64,000 nucleotides of DNA from NCBI GenBank assembly GCA_036726305.1, contig DAIMCP010000020.1, positions 2,995 through 66,994 of the forward strand, in the 5' to 3' direction. The DNA comes from Pyrinomonadaceae bacterium (GTDB lineage Bacteria > Acidobacteriota > Blastocatellia > Pyrinomonadales > Pyrinomonadaceae). This document shows, in pieces, positions 47,745-58,787 of this stretch. Position numbers and translations under genes: made by a program. A model generated the notes under the pieces. It was not told the origin of the DNA, ran no database searches, and saw only the letters and a list, made by a program, of their open reading frames with translations. Position 1 is the stretch's first letter. Every line of letters starts with the position of its first letter.

Positions 47745-50700
47745 ATGAAACCGAGTCTCTTTCATCCAGCGGTAGCTAACTGGTTTGCGAAGCAGTTCCC
47801 AGGCGCTACGCCACCACAGGAACGGGCATGGCCAGCCATCAAGAACCGTGAGAACACGCTAATCGCGGCGCCGACCGGTTCCGGCAAGACGCTCGCGGCA
47901 TTTCTCGCGGCCATCGACGACCTGGTGCGGCTTGGCCTGGAAGATAAGCTCGAGGACACAACCCACGTCATTTACGTCTCGCCGCTCAAGGCTTTGAGCA
48001 ATGATATTCAGATCAACCTGCAAAAACCGCTTGAAGGAATTGAGCGCGAATTGCAGGCGTTGGGATTGCCGCCGGTAAACATTCGTACGCTGGTCCGGAC
48101 GGGTGATACCCCCGCAGCCGAACGCACGGCGATGACCAAGCGCCCGCCGCACATTTGTGTCACGACGCCGGAATCGCTTTTCATCCTTTTGACCAGCGAA
48201 GGCGGGCGTCGGATGTTGCGTACGGCGCGCACCCTGATTGTTGACGAAATACACGCCCTGGTGGGTGACAAGCGTGGTTCACACCTCGCCCTCTCGATTG
48301 AAAGGCTTGAGCATCTCGCCGCTCAGCATGAACTCGAAATGCAAAGCTCTCAGATCCAGAACCCCAGGCTTGAATTCCAACAACCCGCAGCCAACCTTCG
48401 ACATTCCCGTTTGGTGCGTATTGGACTATCAGCCACCCAGCGGCCCATCGAGGAAGTGGCCCGCTTTCTGGTTGGCACAGCCAATTTAAACAACGATGGA
48501 ATGCCCAACTGCACGATAGTTGACAGCGGTCATGTGCGCCGGCTCGATGTCGCAATTGAACTCCCTGAATCTCCTCTGCAGGCGGTAATGTCGGGCGAGG
48601 TCTGGGACGAAGTCTACGACCGTCTGGCCCAACTCATTCGCGAACACCACACAACTTTGATCTTCGTCAATACACGCCGGCTCGCAGAGCGAGTCGCGCG
48701 CCACCTCGGCGAGCGCATCGGCGACGAGAATATTGCCGCGCATCATGGCAGTCTCGCCCGTGAACAGCGTCTGGCTGCGGAGCAGCGCCTGAAAGCCGGT
48801 GAGTTGAGTGCGCTGGTAGCCACAGCCTCGCTGGAGTTAGGGATAGATATTGGGGACGTGAATCTGGTTTGCCAGCTCGCCTCGACGCGTTCGATAGCCA
48901 GCTTCCTGCAACGCGTGGGGCGCTCGAATCACACTGTCGAAGGGTTTCCGAAAGGCAGAATCTTTCCGCTCTCGCGCGATGAGCTGGTGGAATGTGCGGC
49001 TTTGATCGATTCTGTGCGCCGGGGAGAGTTAGATCAGGTGTCGATTCCGCAGCAACCGCTCGACATCCTCGCGCAGCAAGTCGTAGCTGCGGTCGCCGCC
49101 GAAGAATGGATTGAAGACGATCTCTTTGCGATGGTGCGAGGCGCCTATCCGTACCGGAATCTGGAGCGCAAAGACTTTGACGAAGTAATTCGCATGCTGG
49201 CCGAGGGGTTCGCGACCAAACGTGGCCGGCGGTCCGCATACGTGCATCATGACGCGGTAAATCATCGCTTGCGCGGCCGCCGCGGCGCCCGCCTCGCGGC
49301 AATCACCTCCGGGGGTGCGATTCCTGACACCGCTGACTATGCAGTGGTGCTCGAGCCGGGCGGTCTGGTCATCGGCAGCGTCAATGAAGATTTCGCCATC
49401 GAGAGTTTGCAGGGAGATATTTTTCAGCTGGGCAATACCTCCTGGCGCGTCTTGCGAGTCGAGCAGGGAAAAGTCCGGGTTGAGGATGCGCATGGCCAGC
49501 CGCCTTCGATTCCCTTCTGGTTGGGCGAAGCCCCGGCGCGCACGCATGAGCTTTCTGCGGCGGTCTCGCGTTTGCGCTCAGAAGTGGCCGAACGCGTTTC
49601 CGTCAGTAGCGCTGACTTAGATCTGCGGGTTGAGGCAAACGGAACAACAGTCGCGGCTGAGGCTCAATACCCCGAAGAAACAAAGTCCTCCATCGACACG
49701 ACTTCAAGTCTGCATTACCTGACGGACGAAGTTGGCATATCTCGCCCCGCAGCCGAACAGATTGTTGAATATCTCGCAGCATCGAAGATCGCTCTCGGCG
49801 TCATGCCGACACAGCAGGATATCGTGCTGGAACGCTTCTTTGACGATAGCGGCAGCATGCAATTGATCGTCCATGCTCCCTTTGGCAGTCGTTTGAATCG
49901 GGCCTGGGGTCTGGCTTTGCGCAAACGTTTTTGTCGCCAATTCAACTTTGAACTCCAGGCCGCGGCTACCGAAGACGCAATCATTTTATCGCTTGGTCCC
50001 ACACACAGCTTTCCGCTTGGCGATGTCTTTCACTATCTGAATTCCAAAACGGTCCGTGACCTGTTGTGTCAGGCATTGCTCGACGCTCCGATGTGGAACA
50101 TCCGCTGGCGCTGGAATGTGACGCGGGCCCTTGCGGTCCTGCGCCGTCGCGGCGGCAAAAAGATTCCCGCCCAGCTGCAGCGCATGAATGCCGAAGATCT
50201 GTTGACCGCGGTCTTTCCCGATCAGGTTGCCTGTGTCGAAAATCTTGGCGGCGGCCCACGCGAGATTCCCGAGCATCCCCTGGTTGCGCAAACTGTCAAA
50301 GATTGTCTGGAAGAGGCAATGGATATCGAAGGCCTCGAATCATTACTGCAATCAATCGAGCGTAATGAAAGAAATCTAATCGCGCGAGATATGGTCGAAG
50401 CATCGCCGCTTGCGGCTGAAATTTTGAACGCTCGTCCCTACGCTTTCCTGGACGACGCTCCGCTCGAGGAGCGTCGGACGCGCGCGGTGTTTCAGAGGCG
50501 CTGGCTGGATCCGGAAAAGGCGGCGGACATTGGCAGATTGGATCCTGCGGCAATCGAGCGTGTGCGGGAAGAAGTTTGGCCAGAGGCGCAGAATCCGGAT
50601 GAGCTGCATGACGCTCTGGTGGAGTTAGGATTCCTGACTGAGGCCGAAGGTGCAGAATGGCAAGAGTGGTTTGCCCAGCTGCAGGTCGACCGGCGAGCTG

Positions 50701-52418
50701 CTGTGCTCGTGACTGGGACCGAACCTGGGACCGAACCTGGGAGCGCAGGCATCCTGCCTGCCCCCTCGTCGAATGCCATTCAATCGGCGGCAGGCAGGAT
50801 GCCTGCGCTCCCAGGCAGGCTTTGGGTGGCAGCGGAACGCTTACCGCAACTACAGGCAATCTTCCCTTTCGCTTCCCTTTCCCCGCAGATTACCGCGCCG
50901 GAGAGCTACGCGCAAACAACCTGGTCTGGCGAAGACGCATTGGTTGAGATCGTACGTGGAAGGCTCGAAGGACTTGGTCCTGTTACGGCAGAAAGTCTGG
51001 CCATTTCACTTGGCTTGCCGTCCAGGGATATCGAGGCCGCCCTGCTCAAATTGGAAGCTGAGGGCTTCGTTATTCGCGGCAGCTTCTCAACCGGCGCAAG
51101 TGCTGTTGAATGGTGTGCGCGCCGTTTACTGGCGCGTATTCACAGTTACACGCTGAACCGACTACGGCAGGAGATAGAACCGGTTTCCAGCTCGGATTTC
51201 ATTCGCTTTCTGCTGGCCTGGCAAAAGGTTGCTCCCGATCACCAGATCGAAGGACCGGAGAGTCTGCGCGTCGTGCTTGAACAGCTGGAAGGATTTGAGG
51301 CCCCCGCAGCGGCCTGGGAGGGCGAATTGTTGCCCAGCCGGCTCATCGAATACGATCCCGTCTGGTTGGATGCACTATGTTTGTCGGGTGAAGTGATGTG
51401 GGCGCGCCTGACTCCGCCGGCGGCCCCCAAAAATGGTCCGGAAAGGTCCCGTGGATCGGGCCCGGTGCGCACAACGCCGATAGCGCTGATTCGACGTAAA
51501 AATCTGGCGGTTTGGAATTCTGTTTTTCCGCAACCTTGGCTGGAAGACATCAGATTTTCAAGCATCACAGAAGTTGTCTATAGCTATCTGCGCACCCGCG
51601 GCGCTTCTTTTTTCCATGACATTGTGGACAGTACCAAAATGCTGCGCGCCCAGGTGGAAGAGTCACTGGCTGAGCTGGTGGCTTACGGCCTGATTACTTC
51701 TGACAGCTTTACCGGCTTGCGCGCATTACTGACCCCGGCAAACCGCAAGACGCGCGCTGCAGCTCGGCACAAACATCGCCAACCGGTCTACGACATGGCC
51801 AGCGCCGGTCGCTGGTCGCTCCTGTCGAGAAACGCAGGAATTGAGTCTTCCGAAAATCCTGCAAGCGTTCCGCCAGCCAAACCCTCCGCAACTACTCCCC
51901 GGTGGCAAACCTTTGCAGCGGTTCCAGCGGAAACAAAAGAAGCCGTCGCGCGCATCCTGTTGCAACGTTACGGCGTCGTCTTCAAGCGCTTGCTGGAACG
52001 CGAAGGAATTGTGCTTCCCTGGCGCGATTTGCTGCGCGTTTATCATCGCTTGGAGGCGCGCGGGGAGATTCGAGGTGGCCGCTTTGTCGCAGGCATTTCG
52101 GGGGAACAATTCGCACTTCCTGACGCGGTCGGGTTGGTCAGATCTATCCGGCGCGCCCCGGAAAAGGGAATCATGATTTCGATTAGCGCCGCTGATCCAC
52201 TGAACCTTGCCGGATTGATCACGCCGGGGCCGCGGGTTACTGCTCATACTGCAAATCGCGTCCTTTACAGTGATGGCGCTCCAGTCGCTGCACTGGAGTC
52301 GGGCGAGACGCGCTTTCTGGTTGAAATGAGTCGTACCATGGAGTGGCAGGCCAAGGCTGCCTTGCTGCGAAAGGCCACGCCCCCGGTGCTGCGTTCATAC
52401 CTCAGCCGGCGCGCCTGA
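47745..52418 (+). CDS. lhr: large ATP-dependent helicase Lhr (DEAH box, full-length type)
   Basis: '[10 protein letters not shown]' (motif I), 'LIVDEIHAL' (DExH), 'SATQ', '[10 protein letters not shown]' and '[10 protein letters not shown]'. Long C-terminal extension. The ATG at 47745 is preferred within ORF 47679..52418. Confidence 0.85.
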   Translation: MKPSLFHPAVANWFAKQFPGATPPQERAWPAIKNRENTLIAAPTGSGKTLAAFLAAIDDLVRLGLEDKLEDTTHVIYVSPLKALSNDIQINLQKPLEGIERELQALGLPPVNIRTLVRTGDTPAAERTAMTKRPPHICVTTPESLFILLTSEGGRRMLRTARTLIVDEIHALVGDKRGSHLALSIERLEHLAAQHELEMQSSQIQNPRLEFQQPAANLRHSRLVRIGLSATQRPIEEVARFLVGTANLNNDGMPNCTIVDSGHVRRLDVAIELPESPLQAVMSGEVWDEVYDRLAQLIREHHTTLIFVNTRRLAERVARHLGERIGDENIAAHHGSLAREQRLAAEQRLKAGELSALVATASLELGIDIGDVNLVCQLASTRSIASFLQRVGRSNHTVEGFPKGRIFPLSRDELVECAALIDSVRRGELDQVSIPQQPLDILAQQVVAAVAAEEWIEDDLFAMVRGAYPYRNLERKDFDEVIRMLAEGFATKRGRRSAYVHHDAVNHRLRGRRGARLAAITSGGAIPDTADYAVVLEPGGLVIGSVNEDFAIESLQGDIFQLGNTSWRVLRVEQGKVRVEDAHGQPPSIPFWLGEAPARTHELSAAVSRLRSEVAERVSVSSADLDLRVEANGTTVAAEAQYPEETKSSIDTTSSLHYLTDEVGISRPAAEQIVEYLAASKIALGVMPTQQDIVLERFFDDSGSMQLIVHAPFGSRLNRAWGLALRKRFCRQFNFELQAAATEDAIILSLGPTHSFPLGDVFHYLNSKTVRDLLCQALLDAPMWNIRWRWNVTRALAVLRRRGGKKIPAQLQRMNAEDLLTAVFPDQVACVENLGGGPREIPEHPLVAQTVKDCLEEAMDIEGLESLLQSIERNERNLIARDMVEASPLAAEILNARPYAFLDDAPLEERRTRAVFQRRWLDPEKAADIGRLDPAAIERVREEVWPEAQNPDELHDALVELGFLTEAEGAEWQEWFAQLQVDRRAAVLVTGTEPGTEPGSAGILPAPSSNAIQSAAGRMPALPGRLWVAAERLPQLQAIFPFASLSPQITAPESYAQTTWSGEDALVEIVRGRLEGLGPVTAESLAISLGLPSRDIEAALLKLEAEGFVIRGSFSTGASAVEWCARRLLARIHSYTLNRLRQEIEPVSSSDFIRFLLAWQKVAPDHQIEGPESLRVVLEQLEGFEAPAAAWEGELLPSRLIEYDPVWLDALCLSGEVMWARLTPPAAPKNGPERSRGSGPVRTTPIALIRRKNLAVWNSVFPQPWLEDIRFSSITEVVYSYLRTRGASFFHDIVDSTKMLRAQVEESLAELVAYGLITSDSFTGLRALLTPANRKTRAAARHKHRQPVYDMASAGRWSLLSRNAGIESSENPASVPPAKPSATTPRWQTFAAVPAETKEAVARILLQRYGVVFKRLLEREGIVLPWRDLLRVYHRLEARGEIRGGRFVAGISGEQFALPDAVGLVRSIRRAPEKGIMISISAADPLNLAGLITPGPRVTAHTANRVLYSDGAPVAALESGETRFLVEMSRTMEWQAKAALLRKATPPVLRSYLSRRA
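50739..50812. repeat. perfect 24-bp inverted repeat (26-nt spacer) embedded in frame in lhr
   Basis: GGGAGCGCAGGCATCCTGCCTGCC at 50739..50762 and its exact reverse complement at 50789..50812. Preceded by a tandem 12-nt duplication GGGACCGAACCT x2 (50715..50738). Confidence 0.9.
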
Positions 52419-52588
52419 GCTTAAAATTATCTCGCCAACTAGTGCCTCCCGGACGTCTCATCTGTTGACCTGGAGGGCTGTAATGAAGCGATGACCGACT
52501 GGGTAAGCGTTGGGGTTCGCGCCGCAAGAACAACTACGCTACTATTGACTCAATCCAGGTCCTCCCTTTTCTGCTGTGTGAGGTAGCA

Positions 52589-54556
52589 ATGATGAATAAG
52601 ACCCCCATTTTGGCATTCATTACGAGTTTATCGATTGTCTTCACGATCGTATCGCCGACGAGGGCACAGGAGCCGGCTGCAGCGACCGCGACCAATGAAC
52701 AATCCGAGGAGCAAAAGCAGAAGGAAAAGGATGCGGCAGAGAAGAAGGCGGTCGCGCTATTGGAACAAATAGTCAGCGAAGTGCAGATGATGAAGCTTCC
52801 GGAAAATCGCATTCGTGTGCAAATCGCCGCTGGCGATCTTCTTTGGAAGCGGAACGAAGCGAGAGCGCGATCACTATTCTCCTTCGCATCTGAGGGTGTA
52901 GCCGAGATGATGCGCAACAGCGACGGCAACATGCAGCGCTGGGCCGCACAGTTGCGACAGGAATTGGTGCTGTCCGTGGCCCAACACGATGCCCCACTGG
53001 CTTATCAACTCTTGGCGGCGACCCGTTCACCAAACCCTGTTGCTGAGACCGCCAATGTTTTTCGCCGTCCAAACTTCGATGCGAACCTGGACCAGGCTTT
53101 GCTGGCGCGCGTAGCAGCTAAGGATCCCGGGCTGGCTGCACAAAAGGTCGAGGAGTCGCTGGCCAAAGGTGATTATCCGGGTTCGGTGGCTCAGGTTCTG
53201 TCGCAATTGCAAGCGCAGGATAAAGAAGCGGCCAGTAAACTTAGTGCCAAAGTGGTGAGCAAGTTACAGTCCGAGAACATGCTGGCCAATCTACAAGCAC
53301 AATCGCTGGCGATGAACCTTGTGCGACTGGGCCCCGCTCAGAGTGGGCCAACCCCAACGGCGAATCAGGTAAATGCAAGTCAGTCAAACAGGGGTAATGC
53401 GGGTCAGGCCGTGCTCAGCGAAGCAGCTTACCAGGAGTTGCTGAATACTCTTATTGATGCTGCGCTCAGAGCTACGCCCCAGACAGCGAACAATCAGCGC
53501 GGGCAGAATGCGCGCGGCAGGGGCAACTTTGGAGTTCCGCAAACCGCAGATCAAAATTCACTTTCAGACGGACAAATTGAGCAACAGAATGCACGGCGCC
53601 TGTTAAATGGATTGCAGACGCTGTTACCGCAGATCGACCTATATCTTCCATCGCGCGCAACTACTCTGCGTAACAAGATGACCGAAGTTGGCGTGGGGAA
53701 TAACCAACGACTGGCGGCCAATCAGTTGAACAGCCTGATGCAACAGGGAACTGCCGACAGTTTACTGGCAGCCGCCCCCAGTGCACCTCCGCCCTTGCAG
53801 GCGAGGCTTTACCAGCAAGCAGTCCAAAAGGCGCTTGCGGAAGGAAACGCAGACCGCGCTCGCCAGATAGCGAACGAGCATCTCGACCCAAGCATCCGTG
53901 ATGTGGTGCTGAAGCGCGTCGACTTTCAGCTGGTCGCGAAAAAGTTAGAAACAGAAAATATGGACCAACAGCGTCTAACTCTGGCTGGTTTGCGATCTGA
54001 CAACGAGCGTATTGACTTACTGCTGATGTTGGCCGCCGCGGCACAAAAGACGGTGGCCGACTCAAAGGCGGCTACCGCGTCCGAGCACGGTGCAAAGCCT
54101 GCTCTGGTGTTTCTTGAAGAGGCCCGGCGCCTGGCGAACCGCCGCGTCACCAGCTACGGACAATTCGATCAGCAACTAAGGGTTGCAGAAGCGTTGGCGG
54201 TCCTCGATCCGGCGCACAGTTTTGAAGTGCTTGATTCAGGAATCAATCAGCTTAACGAACTGTTATCGGCCGCTGCCACCTTGAGTGGCTTCGAAGTAAA
54301 TATTTTCAAGGATGGTGAGTTGCCGCTTGAAGGTGGTAGCCAGCTTGGCGATATGGTGGCGCGCTACGGGCGTGGAGTGGCCAATTTGGCAAAGATGGAC
54401 TTTGCTCGGGCCGAGAGCTCTGCCAATAAATTCCAATTGGCGGAACCGCGCCTGTTTACCCAATTGAGCATCGTGCGCCGAATCCTGGGAGGGCCTCAGG
54501 TTCCACCCGCTGATAATGGCTTTATCGGCGGTTTTGGGCCGCGACGAGGACAGTAG
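52589..54556 (+). CDS. hypothetical secreted alpha-helical (HEAT/ARM-like) protein
   Basis: Signal peptide (ILAFITSLSIVFTIVSPTRAQE). 655 aa, rich in Ala/Gln/Leu. No catalytic motif recognised. Confidence 0.35.
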   Translation: MMNKTPILAFITSLSIVFTIVSPTRAQEPAAATATNEQSEEQKQKEKDAAEKKAVALLEQIVSEVQMMKLPENRIRVQIAAGDLLWKRNEARARSLFSFASEGVAEMMRNSDGNMQRWAAQLRQELVLSVAQHDAPLAYQLLAATRSPNPVAETANVFRRPNFDANLDQALLARVAAKDPGLAAQKVEESLAKGDYPGSVAQVLSQLQAQDKEAASKLSAKVVSKLQSENMLANLQAQSLAMNLVRLGPAQSGPTPTANQVNASQSNRGNAGQAVLSEAAYQELLNTLIDAALRATPQTANNQRGQNARGRGNFGVPQTADQNSLSDGQIEQQNARRLLNGLQTLLPQIDLYLPSRATTLRNKMTEVGVGNNQRLAANQLNSLMQQGTADSLLAAAPSAPPPLQARLYQQAVQKALAEGNADRARQIANEHLDPSIRDVVLKRVDFQLVAKKLETENMDQQRLTLAGLRSDNERIDLLLMLAAAAQKTVADSKAATASEHGAKPALVFLEEARRLANRRVTSYGQFDQQLRVAEALAVLDPAHSFEVLDSGINQLNELLSAAATLSGFEVNIFKDGELPLEGGSQLGDMVARYGRGVANLAKMDFARAESSANKFQLAEPRLFTQLSIVRRILGGPQVPPADNGFIGGFGPRRGQ

Positions 54557-54706
54557 AAGCGGCCGAAGCAGTTGAGTAACTGGACTGGGCGTTCCGCTTT
54601 CGTGCTGGGCTTTGCGCGCCTGCCTCATTTACCTATAATTTCTTCAAGCCACGTGAGATGCATTTGAATAAGCCCGCGGCCGCAGGGGTGTCAACAAGGA
54701 ATCTGA

Positions 54707-55408
54707 TTGATGAACTTTATTCTCTTGCTGCTTCTAGCTCTTGCTTTCTGCATGCCGGCCACGGTTGAGCAAAAAGACGAGCCCCAACACAAGCTGGTTC
54801 AGTTCCAAATGGTGCTGCTAAAGAAAGGTCCGAAATGGACTGCCACCCGCACCAAAGAGACTGAGCAGTTACATCAGGCGCATGTTGCACATGTAACGGC
54901 GCTGTTGGAATCAGGCCAGGCCATTATTGCTGGTCCCTTGACTGACGATGGTGAGATCCGCGGCATCTACATCTTTCGCGCCGCCTCGGCTGATGAGGCC
55001 AGGGCCTGGGCCGGCGCTGATCCTGCGGTCGCGTCTGGTCATTTGCTGGCTGAGATGCATCCCTGGTGGTCAGAAGACGTGATGAAAAAAGCCCCTGCGC
55101 CCTTTAAGATGACGACTGCATATCTGGCGTTTCTCACACGCGGGCCTGCCTGGACTCCCGAAAAAACACCCGCGAGTGCAGAACTGCAAAAAGCGCACAT
55201 GGCCAATATCAACCGTCTCGCCGAGCTGAAAAAGCTGGTCGTGGCGGGTCCGTTTGGTGACGATGGCCAGTTGCGCGGCATCTTTGTCTTTCGCGTCGCT
55301 ACGCTGGCAGAAGCCAGAGCGCTTACCGAGACAGACCCGGCAGTCAAGGCCGGACGGCTGGCCCTTGAGCTTCATCCCTGGCAGGTTCCGGAAGGCATTC
55401 TGCCATGA
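54707..55408 (+). CDS. secreted protein with two tandem YciI-like domains
   Basis: Signal peptide (MMNFILLLLLALAFCMPA). Two copies of '..HQAH(V/M)A....L...G....AGP..DDG..RGI(Y/F)(I/V)FR..(S/T)..EAR....DPAV..G.L..E(M/L)HPW'. Confidence 0.7.
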   Translation: MMNFILLLLLALAFCMPATVEQKDEPQHKLVQFQMVLLKKGPKWTATRTKETEQLHQAHVAHVTALLESGQAIIAGPLTDDGEIRGIYIFRAASADEARAWAGADPAVASGHLLAEMHPWWSEDVMKKAPAPFKMTTAYLAFLTRGPAWTPEKTPASAELQKAHMANINRLAELKKLVVAGPFGDDGQLRGIFVFRVATLAEARALTETDPAVKAGRLALELHPWQVPEGILP

Positions 55409-55482
55409 TCTCTCACCGGGGCAATTTCATGTTCCTATATTGTATTCGCAGTTAAATCGTTAAGTTCAACGGAAGGGCTACA

Positions 55483-55764
55483 ATGAAAGCAAGCTGGAAC
55501 AACGTCGTACTCGCCGAAAGCGCAAACACTATTGTGGTCGAGGGTAATCATTATTTCCCGGCCAACGCAATTAAGCTGGAATATTTCCAAAAGAGCAGCA
55601 CCCACACGGTCTGTCCCTGGAAGGGCCAGGCCAGTTACTACGATGTGGTGGTCGACGGCAAGGTGAACAAAGATGCCGCCTGGTATTATCCAGATCCGAA
55701 ACCCGAGGCCGCCAACATCAAGGATTACCTTGCTTTCTGGCGCGGAGTGAAGGTGGAAGAGTAA
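55483..55764 (+). CDS. DUF427 domain protein
   Basis: 'VVEGNHYFPANAI......S.THTVCPWKGQASYYDV' matches the DUF427 pattern. 93 aa. Confidence 0.8.
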   Translation: MKASWNNVVLAESANTIVVEGNHYFPANAIKLEYFQKSSTHTVCPWKGQASYYDVVVDGKVNKDAAWYYPDPKPEAANIKDYLAFWRGVKVEE

Positions 55765-55877
55765 AGTCCGGCAAGCTTCTCGCAGGCGCCACTCTCTCTA
55801 TCCCTGCAAACGATCCTGGGACACACTCTTCGGGACAATATTTCGAACCCCACTCCTGACCAGTCCGTATCACCATT

Positions 55878-56537
55878 ATGTACTGTCCCGGTTGCGGTTC
55901 CGAAGAACGTCAGATGAGTCAGTACTGCCGCGCCTGCGGCACGGATCTGCGTGTAGTGCGCGCTGGCCTGGAGCGACCCGATTCGGTTACTACTTCGGCA
56001 GTGACGGCGCGCGAGGAGATTGGGCGCGTATTTGCCGAAAAGATTCGTGAAGTTGAGGATTCGCGTGATCTCAAACGCATCGCCGAAGACGTCCTGCCCC
56101 AAATCGAAAAATTTCTCGAGTCTCCGGCAGAGAAGCGCCTGCGGCGAATGCGGGCGGGGGTGATTACTGCGGCAAGCGGCCTGGGAGCGACGCTGCTAGC
56201 TGGCCTGCTGCTTGCGGTGATCAGGAATCCTCAGGATCCGGATGCGATTCCACTGCTGATCTTCTTTGCCGGGTTGGGTGTGGTTGCTTTCACCATTGGT
56301 TTGGGACTTGTCTTGAATGGTTTATGGTTGACGCGTCTTCCCCAGGGCCTGGAAGATAAATCGCTGGAAGCGCGCACGCAAAATCTTCTGGACTCGGGAT
56401 ACGCGCCACCGCAGTTACGGCCAGGGGATGAGCGGCTTAATTTCCGCACCCCCACCACTTCCGATCTCGCTAAAGCCGATCTGCGCGGCTCGTCCGTCAC
56501 CGAGCAGACTACGCATCACCTGAAACGAGAACCGTGA
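55878..56537 (+). CDS. zinc-ribbon domain membrane protein
   Basis: N-terminal 'MYCPGCGSE....YCRACGTDL' ribbon and two central TM segments. Confidence 0.5.
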   Translation: MYCPGCGSEERQMSQYCRACGTDLRVVRAGLERPDSVTTSAVTAREEIGRVFAEKIREVEDSRDLKRIAEDVLPQIEKFLESPAEKRLRRMRAGVITAASGLGATLLAGLLLAVIRNPQDPDAIPLLIFFAGLGVVAFTIGLGLVLNGLWLTRLPQGLEDKSLEARTQNLLDSGYAPPQLRPGDERLNFRTPTTSDLAKADLRGSSVTEQTTHHLKREP

Positions 56538-56556
56538 GATAAAAACGTTTAGAGTA

Positions 56557-56578
56557 CCGCCTTCAGGCGGGCTTTCTT
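56557..56578 (+). terminator. candidate rho-independent terminator after the zinc-ribbon gene
   Basis: CCGCC-TTCA-GGCGG followed by GCTTTCTT. The stem is short (5 bp). Confidence 0.4.
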
Positions 56579-56782
56579 CCCCAATGCAATCCACCTGTCT
56601 GAATGTGAGGATATGCGGCCTGCCTCGCTCGTCCTGGTTGCGCCAATTTTATCTCCGAGCTTCTTAATCGAATATCGAATCGGGAAACGTTTTCGTAGTG
56701 CCTGACATTCTTTAGCAGATGGTATCGGGAGAACCATAAAGTTGCCGAACTTTTACAAGTGGCGTTAGCGGGAACTTTTCTA

Positions 56783-56812
56783 TTGACACATACGGTTACG
56801 CAGACTTAGCCT
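56783..56812 (+). promoter_or_regulatory. candidate promoter upstream of the C11 peptidase gene (TTGACA-N18-TAGCCT)
   Basis: A perfect -35 hexamer is read directly. The -10 keeps only the TAnnnT positions. Lies about 150 nt upstream of the ATG at 56963. Confidence 0.25.
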
Positions 56813-56962
56813 TTCGCAGCTCATATATTTGTCCGGCGCCTCCGAACCTTCGATAACCACTGCTGCCAGTTCTTTCGTTCAGGATGAAGTCGATCTTGGA
56901 AGTGTCGGAAAAGCTGTCACAGGAATCGGTCTTTCGATTCCCCATTTTGAAGGAGTCTATCC

Positions 56963-58714
56963 ATGGATCAAAAAGAATTTGACCGTCCCAACAAACCTAC
57001 GGAGTGGACGCTAATGTTTTATTTCGCCAGCGACAATCCACTGGCGCCGGGAGTTATCTCGCAACTGAAAGCACTTAAGAACGCGGGGTATCATCGCGGC
57101 GTCAATGTTCTGGCGTATTTTGATCCTGAGGTTCGGGAAACACCGACGCACATCTTCGATGTTAACGCCATCGAGAAGATAGAGAGTGAGAAGCCACAAA
57201 TCGGTTTTGCAAATGATCCTTTCGTCAGGAACTTGATGTACGACAAATTATGGGGAGACGAGCTTTCCCGTGACGGCAAGACCCCAATCAGGCAGTTGCT
57301 GATCCAGCAACTGGAAAAGAGGAACTTTAAATTCAATCCACGGAAGCCTCCAGCGTCAAACGACGACGGAAATGACGATCATGGCCGGGCAAGTGATGAC
57401 AGGAGAACGCGGCCTCAATCGGGCCCGAAAGAGTCATTAGCCATGTTTTTGAACTTCTGTGCTGAGAAGTATCCGGCCGAGCACTATATGCTCTTCATTA
57501 TTGGACACGGGCAGATCGTGGGCGATGATGTGTTTCTCTATGACGAGCACGCAGCCAAACATGCGGTGACTTTGACGGAACTGGGCGAGGAGCTCAAGAA
57601 GTTCAAAGCTCATGAAAATGTTCGCAAGGCGGAGTTTGATTTAGTGAGTTTTCATAGCTGCTCAATGAGCAGCGTGGAGATCACTTCGGAACTGAAGGGG
57701 ACCGCAAAATTCATGTTGGCTTCACAAGGCACAGCGTTTGTGGGTAGTTGGCCCTATCTCTCGATATTGATCAGAATCTTCAATGATTTTGGGGAGCCTT
57801 CCCTGGATATCAAAGAAATGATCAAAAAGATGTTCTTCTACGTTCGCCACAATAGTACAGACTTTGTATTGGCCGGCTACTCGTTCGATCTTTGCCTTTG
57901 TGAGTTGGGAGAAGGCGGAGTGACGGCTGTTGAGAAGGCAATCAAAGATTTGGCCGCAGAGTTGAAAAGAGGTTTGGCTGAAGGAACTTCGCCGATTATC
58001 GCGGATGCCATTTTGCTGGCGCACTGGAGATCGCAGAGTTATTGGCAAGAGAATTACACTGATGTCTATGACTTCTGCTTTTGCCTTGAGCACTACTGTA
58101 ATGAGCTGGGAAATAACGTCGGGAATATGGGATCTATTCAAACAGCTGCTGGTAAGGTAATGGACGCGCTGATAGCCGAGAGACCTGGAGACGACAAGTA
58201 CGGTGAACGGTTAGTAACTATAGCGCAATTCGTCGGTCCGGGTTCCCAATATTCCCATGGCTTATCGGTTTTCTTTCCCTGGTCTGAGCCTCCGCAGGAC
58301 CGGCCGATCATGTCCCAATACCCAGGTTACGCTTTTCAAGAGAAAACCGACTGGTTTGGTTTTCTCAAAGAATATTTCAGGAGCACCATGCGCAAGAGTC
58401 GCAGGGAGGAGTCTGATCCGAGAATTCCTGCCCCGCACCAGAGTCCTGCTGAGGCACTGCGCGAAGACATGGCTGCAATCATGTTTGGCGCCGCCGGCGG
58501 CGCGAGCGTCCCCGGAGCCCTCGACGATGACGACCCGCCACCAGTTAAGACTCGACCGACAGATCCCATGGGTAAAGTCAGTCCACGCGATCCGATGGGG
58601 GGTGACTGTGCTTGTGGATCCATAAAGAACTTTCCACACGACACTCGTCCGCGCCTGTTACGAGCAAGAAACGCACAGTTAGATAAGGATGGCCCAACCT
58701 TCTTCAGCTTTTAG
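56963..58714 (+). CDS. clostripain-like (peptidase family C11, clan CD) cysteine peptidase, cytoplasmic
   Basis: GAAGGAG RBS. 'WTLMFYFASDNPL', catalytic-His context 'MLFIIGHGQ' and catalytic-Cys context 'LVSFHSCSMSSVE...ASQG', in the order typical of C11. No signal peptide. Confidence 0.7.
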   Translation: MDQKEFDRPNKPTEWTLMFYFASDNPLAPGVISQLKALKNAGYHRGVNVLAYFDPEVRETPTHIFDVNAIEKIESEKPQIGFANDPFVRNLMYDKLWGDELSRDGKTPIRQLLIQQLEKRNFKFNPRKPPASNDDGNDDHGRASDDRRTRPQSGPKESLAMFLNFCAEKYPAEHYMLFIIGHGQIVGDDVFLYDEHAAKHAVTLTELGEELKKFKAHENVRKAEFDLVSFHSCSMSSVEITSELKGTAKFMLASQGTAFVGSWPYLSILIRIFNDFGEPSLDIKEMIKKMFFYVRHNSTDFVLAGYSFDLCLCELGEGGVTAVEKAIKDLAAELKRGLAEGTSPIIADAILLAHWRSQSYWQENYTDVYDFCFCLEHYCNELGNNVGNMGSIQTAAGKVMDALIAERPGDDKYGERLVTIAQFVGPGSQYSHGLSVFFPWSEPPQDRPIMSQYPGYAFQEKTDWFGFLKEYFRSTMRKSRREESDPRIPAPHQSPAEALREDMAAIMFGAAGGASVPGALDDDDPPPVKTRPTDPMGKVSPRDPMGGDCACGSIKNFPHDTRPRLLRARNAQLDKDGPTFFSF

Positions 58715-58730
58715 TGAGGTCCGGTAGGAA

Positions 58731-58760
58731 AAGGGGCGGCATGACCGCCCTTTTTCTTTC
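58731..58760 (+). terminator. strong rho-independent terminator between the C11 and CHAT genes
   Basis: AAGGGGCGG-CATGA-CCGCCCTT followed by TTTCTTTC, 17 nt after the C11 stop codon. Confidence 0.75.
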
Positions 58761-58787
58761 ATTTTCTCTCGCTATCAGAGTGAAAAC

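Noticed and set aside
56549-56737. 62-aa minus-strand ORF in the gap before the C11 gene.
   Set aside because: It overlaps the terminator hairpin of the upstream gene and has no RBS and no recognisable motif.
56771-56796. GGAAC-N17-CGG element upstream of the C11 gene as an ECF-type promoter.
   Set aside because: The -10 part does not match the usual CGT core. The element overlaps an equally plausible TTGACA -35 box. It cannot be supported without a known consensus for this sigma factor.
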